Counted from the first letter of the stretch, positions 25,891-38,099 are shown. The stretch is DNA of 64,000 nucleotides from Octopus vulgaris (GCA_951406725.2 OX597817.1:113894001-113958000), one strand, 5' to 3'. Program-made: numbers and translations. The notes: generated from the sequence alone by a model not told the origin.

Positions 25891-26404
25891 TTAGACACAT
25901 TTATTTTTACATATAAATCCGACAGACTCGAGTTATCCCTTGCTCTTCCCCCCCTTAATGTGCAGATGGGATGAAATTTATTCCAATAGAATGGCTCTTG
26001 GTTTGTTCTTTTAATATTCTAATATTAATATTTTTAAATATATAAATAATCAACTGAAAGAAAACCGATGAGGAAGTTTCGAATGTGTATTGAATAGGGG
26101 ACAAGGTAAAAAAAAAAAGTGGGGAATAAAAAATAGCAAGCAAGGAGTTATTCTTTTGTTTAAGCAGGTAGCTTGCTTGTAACGGAGTGAGAAGGTCAAG
26201 CCAAAACAGCTACAAGTAAAAAATATGTTCAGATAATAAACTGTAGGGTGTAGGGTAAGCTAGGCAAGAACAGGGTAAAACCCATCCGATGATTTGGAAG
26301 GTTGTGACTGATTATTTTCGGAGATATTTTGATTCCTTTGCTTTTTTTTTTCTTTTCTTTTCGTTATTACGCTCGTAAATATATCTCTATAAGCAGTGTT
26401 GTCC

Positions 26405-26454
<50 letters not shown>

Positions 26455-26499
26455 AGGAGAGATGAAAAGCGTAAAAAAATATATATGGGTTTTGTTGCA

Positions 26500-26830
26500 G
26501 TTCAGCCAAAACTGTAGTAGTAGCGAATCGCGTGTAAAATTAGTGAGTGCGAGATAATTCGTCTTACTACTAATAGCAGTAGTTCGTAATGTGTGGGTCA
26601 CCGATTGATGGCTAATGGTAAGCAAACTCCAACTTCTCGCCAATAAACTTAGCTCCCTTATTGTTTAGAAGATATATATTTTTTCTTTCGGTCACTCTCC
26701 GCTGACCTATAAAGAGCCTGACTCCCTACCTTGCTACCTTGTTACGGAGAGAAGTAACAACATGAAGAAAGGGTAGAAGCCATTTTTATTGTGACGTCAC
26801 TGGAAGACAACAGCGAGCGGTGCTTCGCAA
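26500..26830. promoter_or_regulatory. putative promoter core (CCAAT, TATA-like, palindromic CRE)
   Basis: GCCAAT 26639-26644, CCTATAAAGA 26706-26715 and GTGACGTCAC 26791-26800. CpGs are visibly more frequent across ~24.9-29.3 kb than in the flanks, and the core is unique non-repeat sequence. Confidence 0.5.
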
Positions 26831-27196
26831 TGAGAAAGGTTGGAGGAGATGATAGTAGAAGCAGCAGAAAGATCAAGTGCTGGGTAGATAGACAGAGAAA
26901 AAAGAGACACAGCGGCAAAACAAATGATTAATAATGTAAAAAACAAATATATACCAGCACAATGTATATATACATATATATTAAGTGGTATAGGAAATGA
27001 ATGGAAATATGACAACTCTAGTGTCTGTCATGTGAGAAATGTGCAAGATACATTCCAGCATGATATATATATGTATGTTTAATAATATATTATAGATGTT
27101 AGGGTGTACTAACCGCAGAGAAAGTACTTTATCGCCTTCTCGAGTGTACAAAGACGGAAAACTCGGAGTAGCTGTGGGGTGATTCGTCAGCGCCGA

Positions 27197-27271
27197 ATGA
27201 ATGAAAATGCATCAGTTAATGCCGACACAGACCTCAGCGAGTCATCATCGAACCTTAGTGCATATCTTCAA
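27197..27271 (+). CDS. weak candidate first exon of a plus-strand gene (MNENASVNADTDLSESSSNLSAYLQ)
   Basis: ATG in gccgaATG context downstream of the TATA/CRE motifs, weak donor CAA|GTAATA, T-rich sequence follows. Confidence 0.15.
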
Positions 27272-30200
27272 GTAATAAAACGATGACAGGTCAAGGTACC
27301 CGTTGCTTAGACCCCTAACACCACATTTGTCCTTGTTAGCTTTAGAGAGTTAAATAGTTTCCGCTTTCCTTTTTCACAGATACAGCCTAATCGATCAACA
27401 TTCAATTAATTTTACAGTTTTTATCGTTTTGTTGTTATAATTTATAATTATGACTTCATTTATCAGCTGTCTCCCTTAATAGTCACTTACATAGTTCGTA
27501 AGGGACTTGTTGGTTTCTTTTCGCTCTTTATTATATATCCATTAATATTAATCTCACTTCGCAGGACATTCCCGATTCAACTCAGGATTATTTATTTTTT
27601 CCTACATTTTCTTTCGCTCTTTTACATTTTATTTATTACACGCTTACAAGTGATGGTGTGTGTGTGTGTGAAGTGTTAAAGAGAAATTGGATGCTATGAT
27701 ATTTGTGACTTTCTCATGAACAAATTAGCTAGTCGATTGTATACATCAAGCATGGCCAACCTTTTCGAGAAGCGAGTCTCAGTTTGTTTATAACTGGAAT
27801 AGATGTGTAAGTTATTTAATACAGGTGACTGGATTGCGGGAGACGAAAGATTGACATTTCTTTTGTCGTGATCTAAACTCAGTTTCGATGTTATACATTT
27901 ACTACAGTGCTTTAGCATTTCTGTCTTTTCTGTCACCCTAACAGACAAATAATAGTATGCACATTTCTCATTCATTCACTAATTTGAAACCTTTTTACAG
28001 TTGTACCTACAGGCTGAACACATGACGAATTTTGTTCCATACTTAGGCGATATCATTTTATTTAACATAACATTAAGGGAACACATTAACATTTGCAACT
28101 TCTATTTCTCTTTTCTTAGAAAGAGGACGTTGTGACATTAACAATTTTTTCTTTCATTACTGTCACTTTGAACATCTTTTGTTTATCTCGTAATATTTTT
28201 GGTTGTTTGGGCAGGTTTTGTTTTTCTAGTAGAAACGAAATCAGCGAATTGGAATACAAATTTATCGCTCCTGATTTGAAATCCAACCTATGCTACAGGT
28301 GTCTTTTTGTATTTCCGACAAGAACAGTGCATGCATGCATGCATACATACATAAGTGCTACTCTTAGAGGGTTTATATATATACATACATACATATATAT
28401 ATATATATAACCCTCTGAGAATGTTACGAAAGAAGACTGTCCAGTGAAGCCGAAAATTTTTATTCCTCTTCGATTTACCGTAATAAAATGGTTAATGTAT
28501 ATCGAATTTATTTTGGCGAGTGATGAGTTTTGCTATGGGCCGCATGTTTAGCTGAGAGGAGTGAAACTTTTCATTGAAAGTTATCAAAACAGATGTTAAT
28601 TATTCAGTATTCTCGCTTCTAACAATGGTAGTGTTTTATTTATTGCACGGTTCTTATTTTACATGCTTGGCTGCTGCTAAAGTTTAGCGGTTGTCAAGTC
28701 TCTTTGCACGGGACGCATCCCAGTGCTTGTAACAGGAGTTGAAACATTGACCTTTCAAGCCAGTAAAAAGAAAGCAAAAAAAAAACGTTGTTTAGCTCCA
28801 GACTAGCTCTGATCGAGCAAATCTATAATGAAAGATGTTCTAGTCGCAACCTTCTCGATTGTTCGTATTGTATATCCGGGACTGCATTGTCCAATGTATA
28901 TTTAAGACGATATAAGATTATGAGTTGATGGACATTTGGCTACTATTTCTATTCATATCGAACGACTACGTAGGGGCTCTCATTGACTTGTGGCTTGAGA
29001 AATCTATGGTTAAAGGCATTCCAGTCATAATCATCCTATCTTTTTTTCCTATGTGCTAGGAACTTACAACGACATTTATCCAACGTATTCTTTTCTAAGA
29101 CGGTCGGGTAAGATTTGAGGGAACTTGGCTGTTATTTTTAGCATGTCGAACTTCGGCCTAGCAGCTCCCTCGTTAGCTTGTAGTTCAGTGGATATTGATA
29201 ATTTGCCGAGAGGATAGGAAGTATCTAGTATTTTAGGTGGAACCCTTTATCGACCAGTTTGTCACTCTTTTGCTTGTCTTGTGAACCAGTCCGTTATAAT
29301 GTTACGCATGTAACACGATACTTTCTGTTATGCACTATTCACATGCATACTCTGGCAGCTGTTGCCTGCCATTTGCAACATCTCTGCTCACTAGCAGTTG
29401 CTATTGTTGTTGTTGTTGTGTAAATTTACCGTTAGAATATCTAATTTTGTTAACACTATTGGAATTATTACTAGTATGATATCTGAGGAAGCTACTACTA
29501 CTATCACCACCACTACTATTACAACTACTACTGCTGCTATTCTTATTGATGTTGTTCAGCATTGATCAGACAAAATGAAACATGATCAAAGACTTTCCAC
29601 ACATGCCCATCCTCTTAAAAGAAATTGGGATCTTTTCCTTTTGCCGTTCAAAAGGAAAAGATCCAAAAATTGAGACTGTATTTTGGACAACATTATTTAA
29701 AGTGTCCTTCCAATAAGAATGCATGATGTGAATTTCACGGGGATTAGGCTGCTCCTTTTTTTTTTAACAGGTTTAGCAAGCGACCACGTAGGCGATCTCC
29801 CCCCTGAGCTTGTATCTCTAATGTCGGTGTAACTACTACCCCGAGGAATATTTCGGTTTTTATCACCATAATTTTCATTATCTCATTATTTCTTTTGTCA
29901 TCTTCAACACTATTTCTATTACTTTCATCGTTATATTTGCTGCTGTTGTTACTACTACTATTACTACTATAACATAGGCACTATTGTTAATGGGAGGGGA
30001 AAACAGTCGTTTATATTGACCCAGAGATTTGAATGGTACTTTGTGTTATCGAAGCCAGAAGGATGAAAAGTAAAGTCAACCCTCGTTGGATTTGAATTTA
30101 GAACATAATGGACCATAGTTAAATACTGCAGAACAAATTTTGTCTGCTGCTCTACAGATCCTGCCGTACTGCATCAACTACTTCCCTTTTCAGCTCTACT

Positions 30201-30497
30201 ACTACTACTGATGATGATGGTGATGCTGTTAGAGAAAATACTGACCTCACAATTCTGTCAATCCTTATTTTATTGACTACCTGAAAGGATAAAATGCACA
30301 ATTGCCCTCAGCAGGATTTGAACTCAAAGCCAAGAGTTTCTGCCACTAGTATCACTACCAAGGTTGCTATTATCACTGTAATAACACACACCTAGGACAA
30401 ATTGACTTCACTTTTCACTCCTATGGGTATTGGGAAAATAAGTAGGCAAATTGGCAGAGCTGTTATAATAAAGGAAAAATAATGCCTTGTAGTGTTT

Positions 30498-30967
30498 ACA
30501 GTTCTATATTTAAGAGATGAGGAATTATCTACATTATTTACATTTGACGGATATTTGTCATCATGTTTGTTGTTAACACATTTCGGTTGATATACTCTCC
30601 AGCCTTCATCAGGTGTCTTGGGGAAATTTCGAACCTGAGTTCTCATTCCCTAGGTATTTTTCGATATTATCATTATTATTATTGTTAATATTATTATTAT
30701 TCAGGCCACTGCTTGGAATCGAACTTGGAATCTTGGGATTAGTAGCCCGTGCTCTTAACCACTATGCAATATGATCACAGGCATATGGCGTAGTGGTTAA
30801 GATTCGGAGTTCAATTCCAAGCAATAATATCGAAAAATGCCTTAGGATTGAGAACCCAGGTTCGAAATTTCCCCGAGATACCTGATGAAGGCTGGAGGGT
30901 ATATCAATCGAAATGTGTTAACAACAAATTAGATGAAGACAAATATTTGTCAAATTTAAATGATATA
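30498..30967. mobile_element. inverted-dimer tRNA-headed hammerhead retroelement, 12-bp TSD, inserted in an S2 SINE
   Basis: Direct repeat CTTGTAGTGTTT at 30486-30497 and 30968-30979. The left arm (-) has a full tRNA-like head at 30711-30775. The right arm (+) begins ggcatatggcgtagtggttaag. Hammerhead cores at 30575-30617(-) and 30877-30919(+). Confidence 0.8.
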
Positions 30968-32463
30968 CTTGTAGTGTTTGTTCTGGTTTCCAGTGTTCTG
31001 AGCCCAATTCCTGCAAAGGTCAATTTTGCCTTTTTATCTGTTCAGTGTTGATAAATAACTACCAGTTTAGAGAAATGAAATGGTGGAATTGTTAGTGCTT
31101 TAGTATTTATTCTCATTCTTTATGTTCTGAGCTCTGGAATGGTAGACTTAATCTGTTGTCTGATTTATCACCCCCACTTTATCGTTGGAGTTCACCCTAT
31201 AGCAAGTATTCAAGCAATGTTTTCAGTCAATCGTGTAATGTGGGTTGTGCAGACTGCATGAGGTTGCCACTTTGGTAGGGAGAGAACAAACGTATGTTGA
31301 AGGCATGTCATATTTAAGGAACTGGGTAGCCAATTTGGCTCCTGCACAGGATGGCCAAAACCCTTGTTATGTTATTGTCTTCAGTTTGAAGATGCATCCC
31401 TTCCTTTTTCCTACCATACATGGAGGCCTTATTAAAGGACCTAAGCACTGCCTTTTCCTCCTAACAAAAACATAAAAGAAAAAGTGTCCAGAGTTTCAAT
31501 TAATGGAATTATTAAATCATGGAATGAATATCTTATGGTATTTGTCCTGGGTCTTTGTGTTCTGAATCATTGGGTGATAAACCTTAATCTGTTGCCCAGT
31601 TTAACATCACCACCTGGTCCTTGGATGCTTTTAGCAGAGTTCATTCTGTTGCAAGCATTTGGAGTAAGTTTCCAGTGTGAGAATAACTTTCTCTTCATCC
31701 TACCAGTCTTGAAGTCACTGAAAAAGTAAATAGTGATGGAGACTGTTTTTCCCTCCCTAATTAAAATGTTAAAAAAATGGTACCTGTCATCAATAAATCA
31801 CATATTCAAATCAGTCATTGCTCAACTGTTGCTAGGTAAAGACCTATCCCTTTTCTCCCTAACTTTTGGTTTTTGAATGCCTGACCTCAGATTTTTGTCA
31901 AATTTATTGTTGTACACATCCTCTTTTGTTTTTAGAGATACTTTGTAAAATTAAGAATAATATGGGAAAAGTTTTAGTCAACTATATTCACTCCATTCCA
32001 AACTAGCAATCTGGTACCAGTGTGAGAAATCAATTAGTATTGTAATCATTTGTTCTTTGCTGTTTTTGTAGTTTTAGCCCCATGTCAGCCCTGATCGGGC
32101 AGATTTATGATCATCAATTCTTTTTCTTTTTTTTTTTATTTCAAGCAGATTATCCAATGTGGCCTTCCAGTTTTAAGATGACAGATGTGAAGCAGAAAAT
32201 AATCGTTCTAATCCTTTAAAAAATGGATCTGTCAATGTTATTGTTGCTGCTTTTACAATATAAAATGAATTAGGTATAGAAAACAATTGTCAGAACTTGT
32301 TAAACTGCTTCCTTCTAGGAAGCTGACAAATCTGTAAGGAATTATTTTGCATAGATTAATATAGGTGCTGAGAGCCTAAACTCTTCTCCAAATGTTTATG
32401 TTCTTTTGTAAGCTTTTGCTGGACAAGGAAGCAAATGCTTATTTGTTATATTTAATCTTTAGC

Positions 32464-32841
32464 TTAATCCTTTAGCATTTAAAGAGGCCATATCTGACCA
32501 AAACATTCCAGATGTTTTATGCTCAAAGTGGCCAGATCTGGTTTCTCACACCAACCCTACAATATCATTCTAAAAATTAACATTTACCTCATCAAAAATC
32601 TCAAAGCTACAAGTGATTGGCATTAGAAAGGGCATTCAGCTGTAGAAACACTGCCAGATCAGACTGAAGCCTGGTGCAGCCTCCTGGCTTCCCAGACCCC
32701 GATCAAACTGTCCAACCTGTGCTAGCACGGAAAACGGACGTTAAACGATGATGATGATGAAGATAATGCATGATTAATTCAAAGCAATGTAAATAGATCA
32801 GCATTACTGTTGATAGAAGAATCTGAATGCTAAAGGGTTAA
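32464..32841 (-). mobile_element. piggyBac-type MITE with nested S3 (GAT)n-tailed fragment (32612-32760)
   Basis: ttaatcctttagcattt ... aatgctaaagggttaa. The MITE body resumes after gatgatgatg. Confidence 0.75.
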
Positions 32842-33817
32842 GCAATGTCCATAGCAACTTTGTATTACAGCAACAAAATATGTAATACAAAGTTTATAAC
32901 AATTTTGTATTACAATATTCTTTGGCCATTGTTGTTTAACTCCCTAGGTCAGATCTGATTGAGCCTTTGATCAAAAACATTCCGACCTTGACTTCTTCAT
33001 CTCATTTTTAAGCACAGTACAACCAAGCCAACAATATCTAATGTGTCTTTCTTTTCTAAGATGGTACAGTGTTGTTTGAAGAAGATTCATTTGTTGTATT
33101 ATGCATTGAATGACCATATAAAGGTGGCCTTGTTGGTTTTGATTCTAATAAAGATATTGCAGTTATTGTCTGTGTGGTTGCTTCTGTGTAATTTCACCAC
33201 ACCCAGTCAGCTGTATTTCAGTTAGATCAATTATACAAAGACTTGCATTTTGGGTATTTAGAGGCAGTTCATAGGAGCTACACTTCAAATATGCTATCTG
33301 GACCTACAGTCTGGTCTAAAAACACTTATGTAATTCATCATCATGATATTGCTTTGAGAAAATTCTCTTTCAGTTGGCAATTTAGCTTTGATTATTTTGC
33401 TTCTAATTATAGGCATCTTCTTAAAACATAGTCCTTACAGATGATCCTAATTTAAAAGTAGCACAAATTGTTAAGTCACTAAGCTTCCAGTCTACCAATC
33501 AAAAGGTCAGAGTTTTATCTAGTTACAGGTCTTATCTTGCCTCTGGTCATATTTGAGTCTGATCTGAAGTCACACTATACAGTTTATTGAACATATATAT
33601 GATTTTGAAAGAAAAACAAATAAACTTGGAGGTTGATGAAACCAGTGTTGGTTTGCATCAATGGATTTAGGTAGGTCTAAATAACAATAAGAAGGTAAAA
33701 GATAAACCATTCCTCTGATAAGCTTTTAGTCTATAAGTAACTTCTTGAGCCCCTGGCAAAGCATAAATCATCTATGAATTCCACAATGCTGCCACTGCTT
33801 ACAGTGGTTAGTTATAC

Positions 33818-33969
33818 CATTGCTCTGCAACCTTTTTTCAGCAGTACACCTGAACTAAAGATATAACAAAAAGTATAGGGAAAAAATTATATTCAGGTTA
33901 CACTGTGGAACACCTAGCATAGTCTCATGGTACACCTGTGTGCTGCAACATATTGGTTGTGGAGCACTG
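33818..33969. mobile_element. hAT-type MITE
   Basis: TIRs cattgctctgcaacc / ggttgtggagcactg and 8-bp TSD agttatac / ggttatac. Confidence 0.65.
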
Positions 33970-34194
33970 GGTTATACCATGTTCAGTACCTACTTAAGTG
34001 GACTTGTGGATTGATAATTTAAATCAAATTAACTTGGCCTCTAATGAACAGTTCTGGTTATCTAATATTCTGTAGAGTTGACTTGTCATGCTTTCCTAAA
34101 TATTACTTTACTAGCATACAAAAAATAAGTTTTTCTTAACAACAAAGGCTAAAAACTGTGCACCTCAGATAGGTCTCAAAACATGTTCCTAATT

Positions 34195-34418
34195 TAGCCC
34201 TTTAGCTTTTAGATTAGATTGTATTGCAATTTTTATTTATTGACATTGTTTTGAATTAATCAAGCATTATTTTGTACCTTCAGGAATTTGATGATGTGGT
34301 TGTGTATTTTTAAAAAGACATTGTGAGGTAGGTGTGAAAAACCCAGTGTGGCTGGTTTGAACATACAACAGGTAGAATGAATTGGCTCAATTTGGCTAGT
34401 TTAAATGCTAAAGAGTCA
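34195..34418 (+). mobile_element. piggyBac-type MITE
   Basis: Homologous to 564-789, ends aatgctaaagagtcaa. Confidence 0.65.
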
Positions 34419-34831
34419 AGGGGTGCATAGATAACTAAGTTAGTATCATCTTAGATTAGCAACCACAAAATCAGAGTTCCAGAGCTTGTCACTTAGCTCT
34501 GCATCATGTCTATAACCAATATATTTGATATAAAATTACCTGTCTAGCAGTAATTTACAGGTGTTAGCTTTATTAGGTCCTCTACCAGTAATATCAATGC
34601 AGTTGGGTAATCTTTGTCCTACAGAAGTCTCCAAAATATAACATCTGTTAAGGCCTGTTGTTAGGAACAACAGCAGTAACCTTCAACCTATAATTTTGCA
34701 TATGGATGCCAATGTTAAAATGATATAAAGTAATATCGGGAGACTAGGGAGATGGTCTGTATCAATGAATATTAATCTAGCAAGTTCAGAGATAAAAGAA
34801 TTACACATAAGTGTGATTTTGCATAAGGTCA

Positions 34832-35058
34832 TTAACCTTTTAGGATTTAAACTGGCCATATCTGACCAAAATATTTGACCTACTTTGTGTGCAAACTGAC
34901 TAAATCTGACCTCTCATACCTATTCTACAATGTTATTCTAAAAATATATAGTCATATCATCAAAATCTCCAAGCTATAAGATAATGTATGATTAATTCCA
35001 AACAATGTGAGTAAATAAGCATTACATTTGTCAAAGTAATCTGAACACTAAATGGTTT
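34832..35058 (-). mobile_element. piggyBac-type MITE
   Basis: ttaaccttttaggattt ... ctgaacactaaatggttta. Inverted relative to 34195-34418. Confidence 0.65.
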
Positions 35059-35981
35059 ATGTTATGCAATAAATTCTGTCATGTATAAAACTAGTTTCTT
35101 TTTATCATATGTTGTGGAAGTATCAGGTTGGTGAACTAGTAAATGCGATAGGGAAAAAAATAGAGAAAAAAATATTAAGAAACACCAGATCATAGCAGAG
35201 TTAACTTAGTGAATTGATTGTCTCCAAGAAGCTTATTTAAAAGCTGATAGATGTCTACCAATACCTTGTTAAAGTCAACTTTGCAAGGTGGTAGCGTTAA
35301 TGGGTGGGTGTACAAATCCTACTATTGTGAATGTAGGTCTGTTGACCTTTGCGTTTTTTTCTTTATTTAAAGATTCTCTCTTTTTCTTCCACTAACATAA
35401 CAATTATAAGACACTCTGCATTCCAGTAACTGTCAAATGGTTATTGCAGGGTCAACGACTCAGAGACTTCAGTTCATGACCCAGTGTTCTTAGTATATAA
35501 TATGTGTGTTGATGTATTTTTGTATGTATGTGTATAAATTACACACACACACTTAAGTCTATTTATATCTATGCATGTATGACCCCCCCCCCACTCACAC
35601 ACATTCTCAAAGGAAGGAAATATTTAAGTACATGGTACTTAAAATCATCCTAACTTGATGTCAATGATAAGAAGAATGGAAATGATGATTTTCCCTCTTT
35701 CTCTTTCTCTAAAACCTCACAAAGACATAACATACACATATAAGCACACATACGAAATTAGATATAAACACACATACGAAATTGGAACATTTGATATGTA
35801 AATGTACCATGGTATAAATATGACAAAAACAAAAACAAAAATACTTTAGTTGCTTGCTTATCAATATTTAAATGAAAATTTAATCAAGAAATAAAATTGT
35901 TTATTTTAATATGTATGTTTGTATGTATGAATATTTGTGTATGTGTATATATGTGTGCGTGTAGAGAGAGAGAGAGAGAGA

Positions 35982-36273
35982 GGCGCAATGGCCCAGTGGT
36001 TAGGGCAGCAGACTCATGGTTTTGATTCCCAGACCGGGCGTTGTGAGTGTTTATTGAGCGAAAACATCTAAAGCTACACTAGGCTCCGGCAGGGTGTGGT
36101 GGCGATCCCTGCTGTACTCTTTCACCACAACTTTCTCTCAGTCTTTCTTCTGTTGGCCTTCTTGCTAAGCCAGTGAGATGGCATCATTTGAAGGCTAAAA
36201 CAATGCGAAGCACATTGTGACCAGCGATGTGTAGCAACATCTGATAGCCTGGTCAGCCACAGTGATTACGGTG

Positions 36274-36275
<2 letters not shown>
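35982..36275 (+). mobile_element. tRNA-derived SINE, family S5
   Basis: Head ggcgcaatggcccagtggttagggcagcagact...ttgattccc (A box and partly deleted B box). Its 3' part recurs at 42385-42500. Confidence 0.75.
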
Positions 36276-36320
<45 letters not shown>

Positions 36321-36339
36321 GAGACGTGTTGAGGCAAGT

Positions 36340-37842
36340 GTGTGACACGTGTGACACTTGTGAAGACCTGTTGAGGCAAGTGAAAATCAAACCAAACTTG
36401 TGAAGACCTGTTGAGGCAAGTGAAAATCAAACCAAATCAAAATAGATGAACATCAATGGAATTTGTATCTTTGTGGTTCCAGTACCGGTGGCACACAAGA
36501 AAACCATCCGATCGTGGCCGTTCGCCAGCCTCATCTGGCACCTGTGTCGGTGGCACATAAAAACACCATCCGAAGACCCGGCGACGTAGTCAGTCCACCT
36601 GTGCATACCTTCCTACTTATGACACTTGTGAAGACATGTTGAGGCAAGTGAAAATCAAAATCAAAATCAAATCAAATCAAATCAAACCAAATCAAAATAG
36701 ATGAACATCAATGGAATTTGTATCTTTGTGGTACCAGTACCGGTGGCACACAAGAAAACCATCCGAACGTGGCCGTAGCCAGTACCGCATCGACTGGCCT
36801 CTGTGATGTGGGCACATAACAAACACCATCCGATCGTGGCCGTCCGCCAGCCTCATCTGGCACCTGTGTCGGTGGCACATAAAAACACCAACCGAAGACC
36901 CGGCAAGACTAGTCAGGCCATAACCCATGGCCCCTACTTGGGACGTAGTCAGTCCACCTGTGCATACCTTCCTTCCTTCTTGTGACACTTGTGAAGACCT
37001 GTTGAGGCAAGTGAAAATCAAATCAAATCAAATCAAATCAAAATAGATGAACATCAATGGAATTTGTATCTTGTGGTACCAGTGCCAGTGGCACACAAGA
37101 AAACCATCCGAACCGCATCGACTGGCCTCCGTGCTGTGGGCACGCAACAAACACCATCCGATCGTGGCCGTTCGCCAGCCTCATCTGGCACCTGTGGCGG
37201 TGGCACATAAAAACACCATCCGAAGACCCGGCAAGACTAGTCAGGCCATAACCCGTGGCCCCTACCTGGGACGTAGTCAGTCCACCTGTGCATACCTTCC
37301 TTCTTGTGACACTTGTGAAGACCTGTTGAGGCAAGTGAAAATCAAATCAAATCAAAACAAATCAAAATAGATGAACATCAATGGAATTTGTATCTTTGTG
37401 GACCAGTGCCGGTGGCACACAAGAAAATCATCCGAACGTGGCCGTAGCCAGTACCGCATAGACTGGCCTCCGTGCTTTGGGGACGTAACAAACACCATCC
37501 GATCGTGGCCGTCCGCCAGCCTCATCTGGCACCTGTGTCGGTGGCACATAAAAACACCATCCGAGCGTGGCCGTCTGCCAGCCTCGTCTGGCACCTGTGT
37601 CGGTGGCACATAAAAACACCATCCGAGCGTGGCCGTTCGCCAGCCTCATCTGGCACCTGTGTCGGTGGCACATAAAATCACCCACTACACTCTCGGAGTG
37701 GTTGGCGTTAGGAAGGGCATCCAGCTGTAGAAACACTGCCAGATCTGACTGGCCTGGTGCAGCCTTCGGGCTCCCCAGACCCCAGTTGAACCGTCCAACC
37801 CATGCTAGCATGGAAAACGGACGCTAAATGATGATGATGATG
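36340..37842 (+). repeat. higher-order tandem array (~230-360 bp units with ~59-bp subunits) ending in the S3/RTE (GAT)n tail
   Basis: gacacttgtgaagac(c/a)tgttgaggcaagtgaaaatc recurs at ~36353, 36397 (partial), 36621, 36984 and 37308. The caccatccga...gccagcctcatctggcacctgtgtcggtggcacataaaaa subunit repeats, followed by the ggcgttaggaagggcatcc...gatgatgat 3' end. Confidence 0.9.
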
Positions 37843-37930
37843 ATATATAATTCAGAGGTTGTGTTAGCCTCTTGAAGGGATGGTGTCATCCAAGGAAATA
37901 CTGGTTCACATCCCGGGGGTATATTTTTTC

Positions 37931-38011
37931 CCCTCTGAAGAGATTATGCTCAGAAATACTAATTTAATATTTAATTAACTTCACTGTGTATTACTGAAAC
38001 AACTGTAAGGG
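37931..38011 (+). ncRNA. degenerate type I hammerhead-like motif (Penelope pLTR-like)
   Basis: CCCT-CTGAAGA...(cagaaatac/gtattactg stem)...GAA-ACAACTGT-A-AGGG. Stem I is CCCT/AGGG and stem III is one change from the palindrome ACAGCTGT. The base of stem II is imperfect. Confidence 0.4.
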
Positions 38012-38099
38012 ATAATGATTGATTTGTGCTGATGATAAACTCTTATTAACTTAAAAATCACCATTTTCTTCTTTGTTCCTGTATATATATAATTGTTTT

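Noticed and set aside
30711-30820. tRNA genes at SINE/element heads (also 35982-36035)
   Set aside because: Acceptor and T stems are incomplete and the heads run into repeat bodies, so they are tRNA-derived rather than functional tRNAs.
36692-37827. Cluster of overlapping 60-127 aa ORFs; repeat-spacer look suggesting CRISPR
   Set aside because: These are translations of a tandem retroposon 3'UTR array. There are no unique spacers or cas genes, and the context is eukaryotic.
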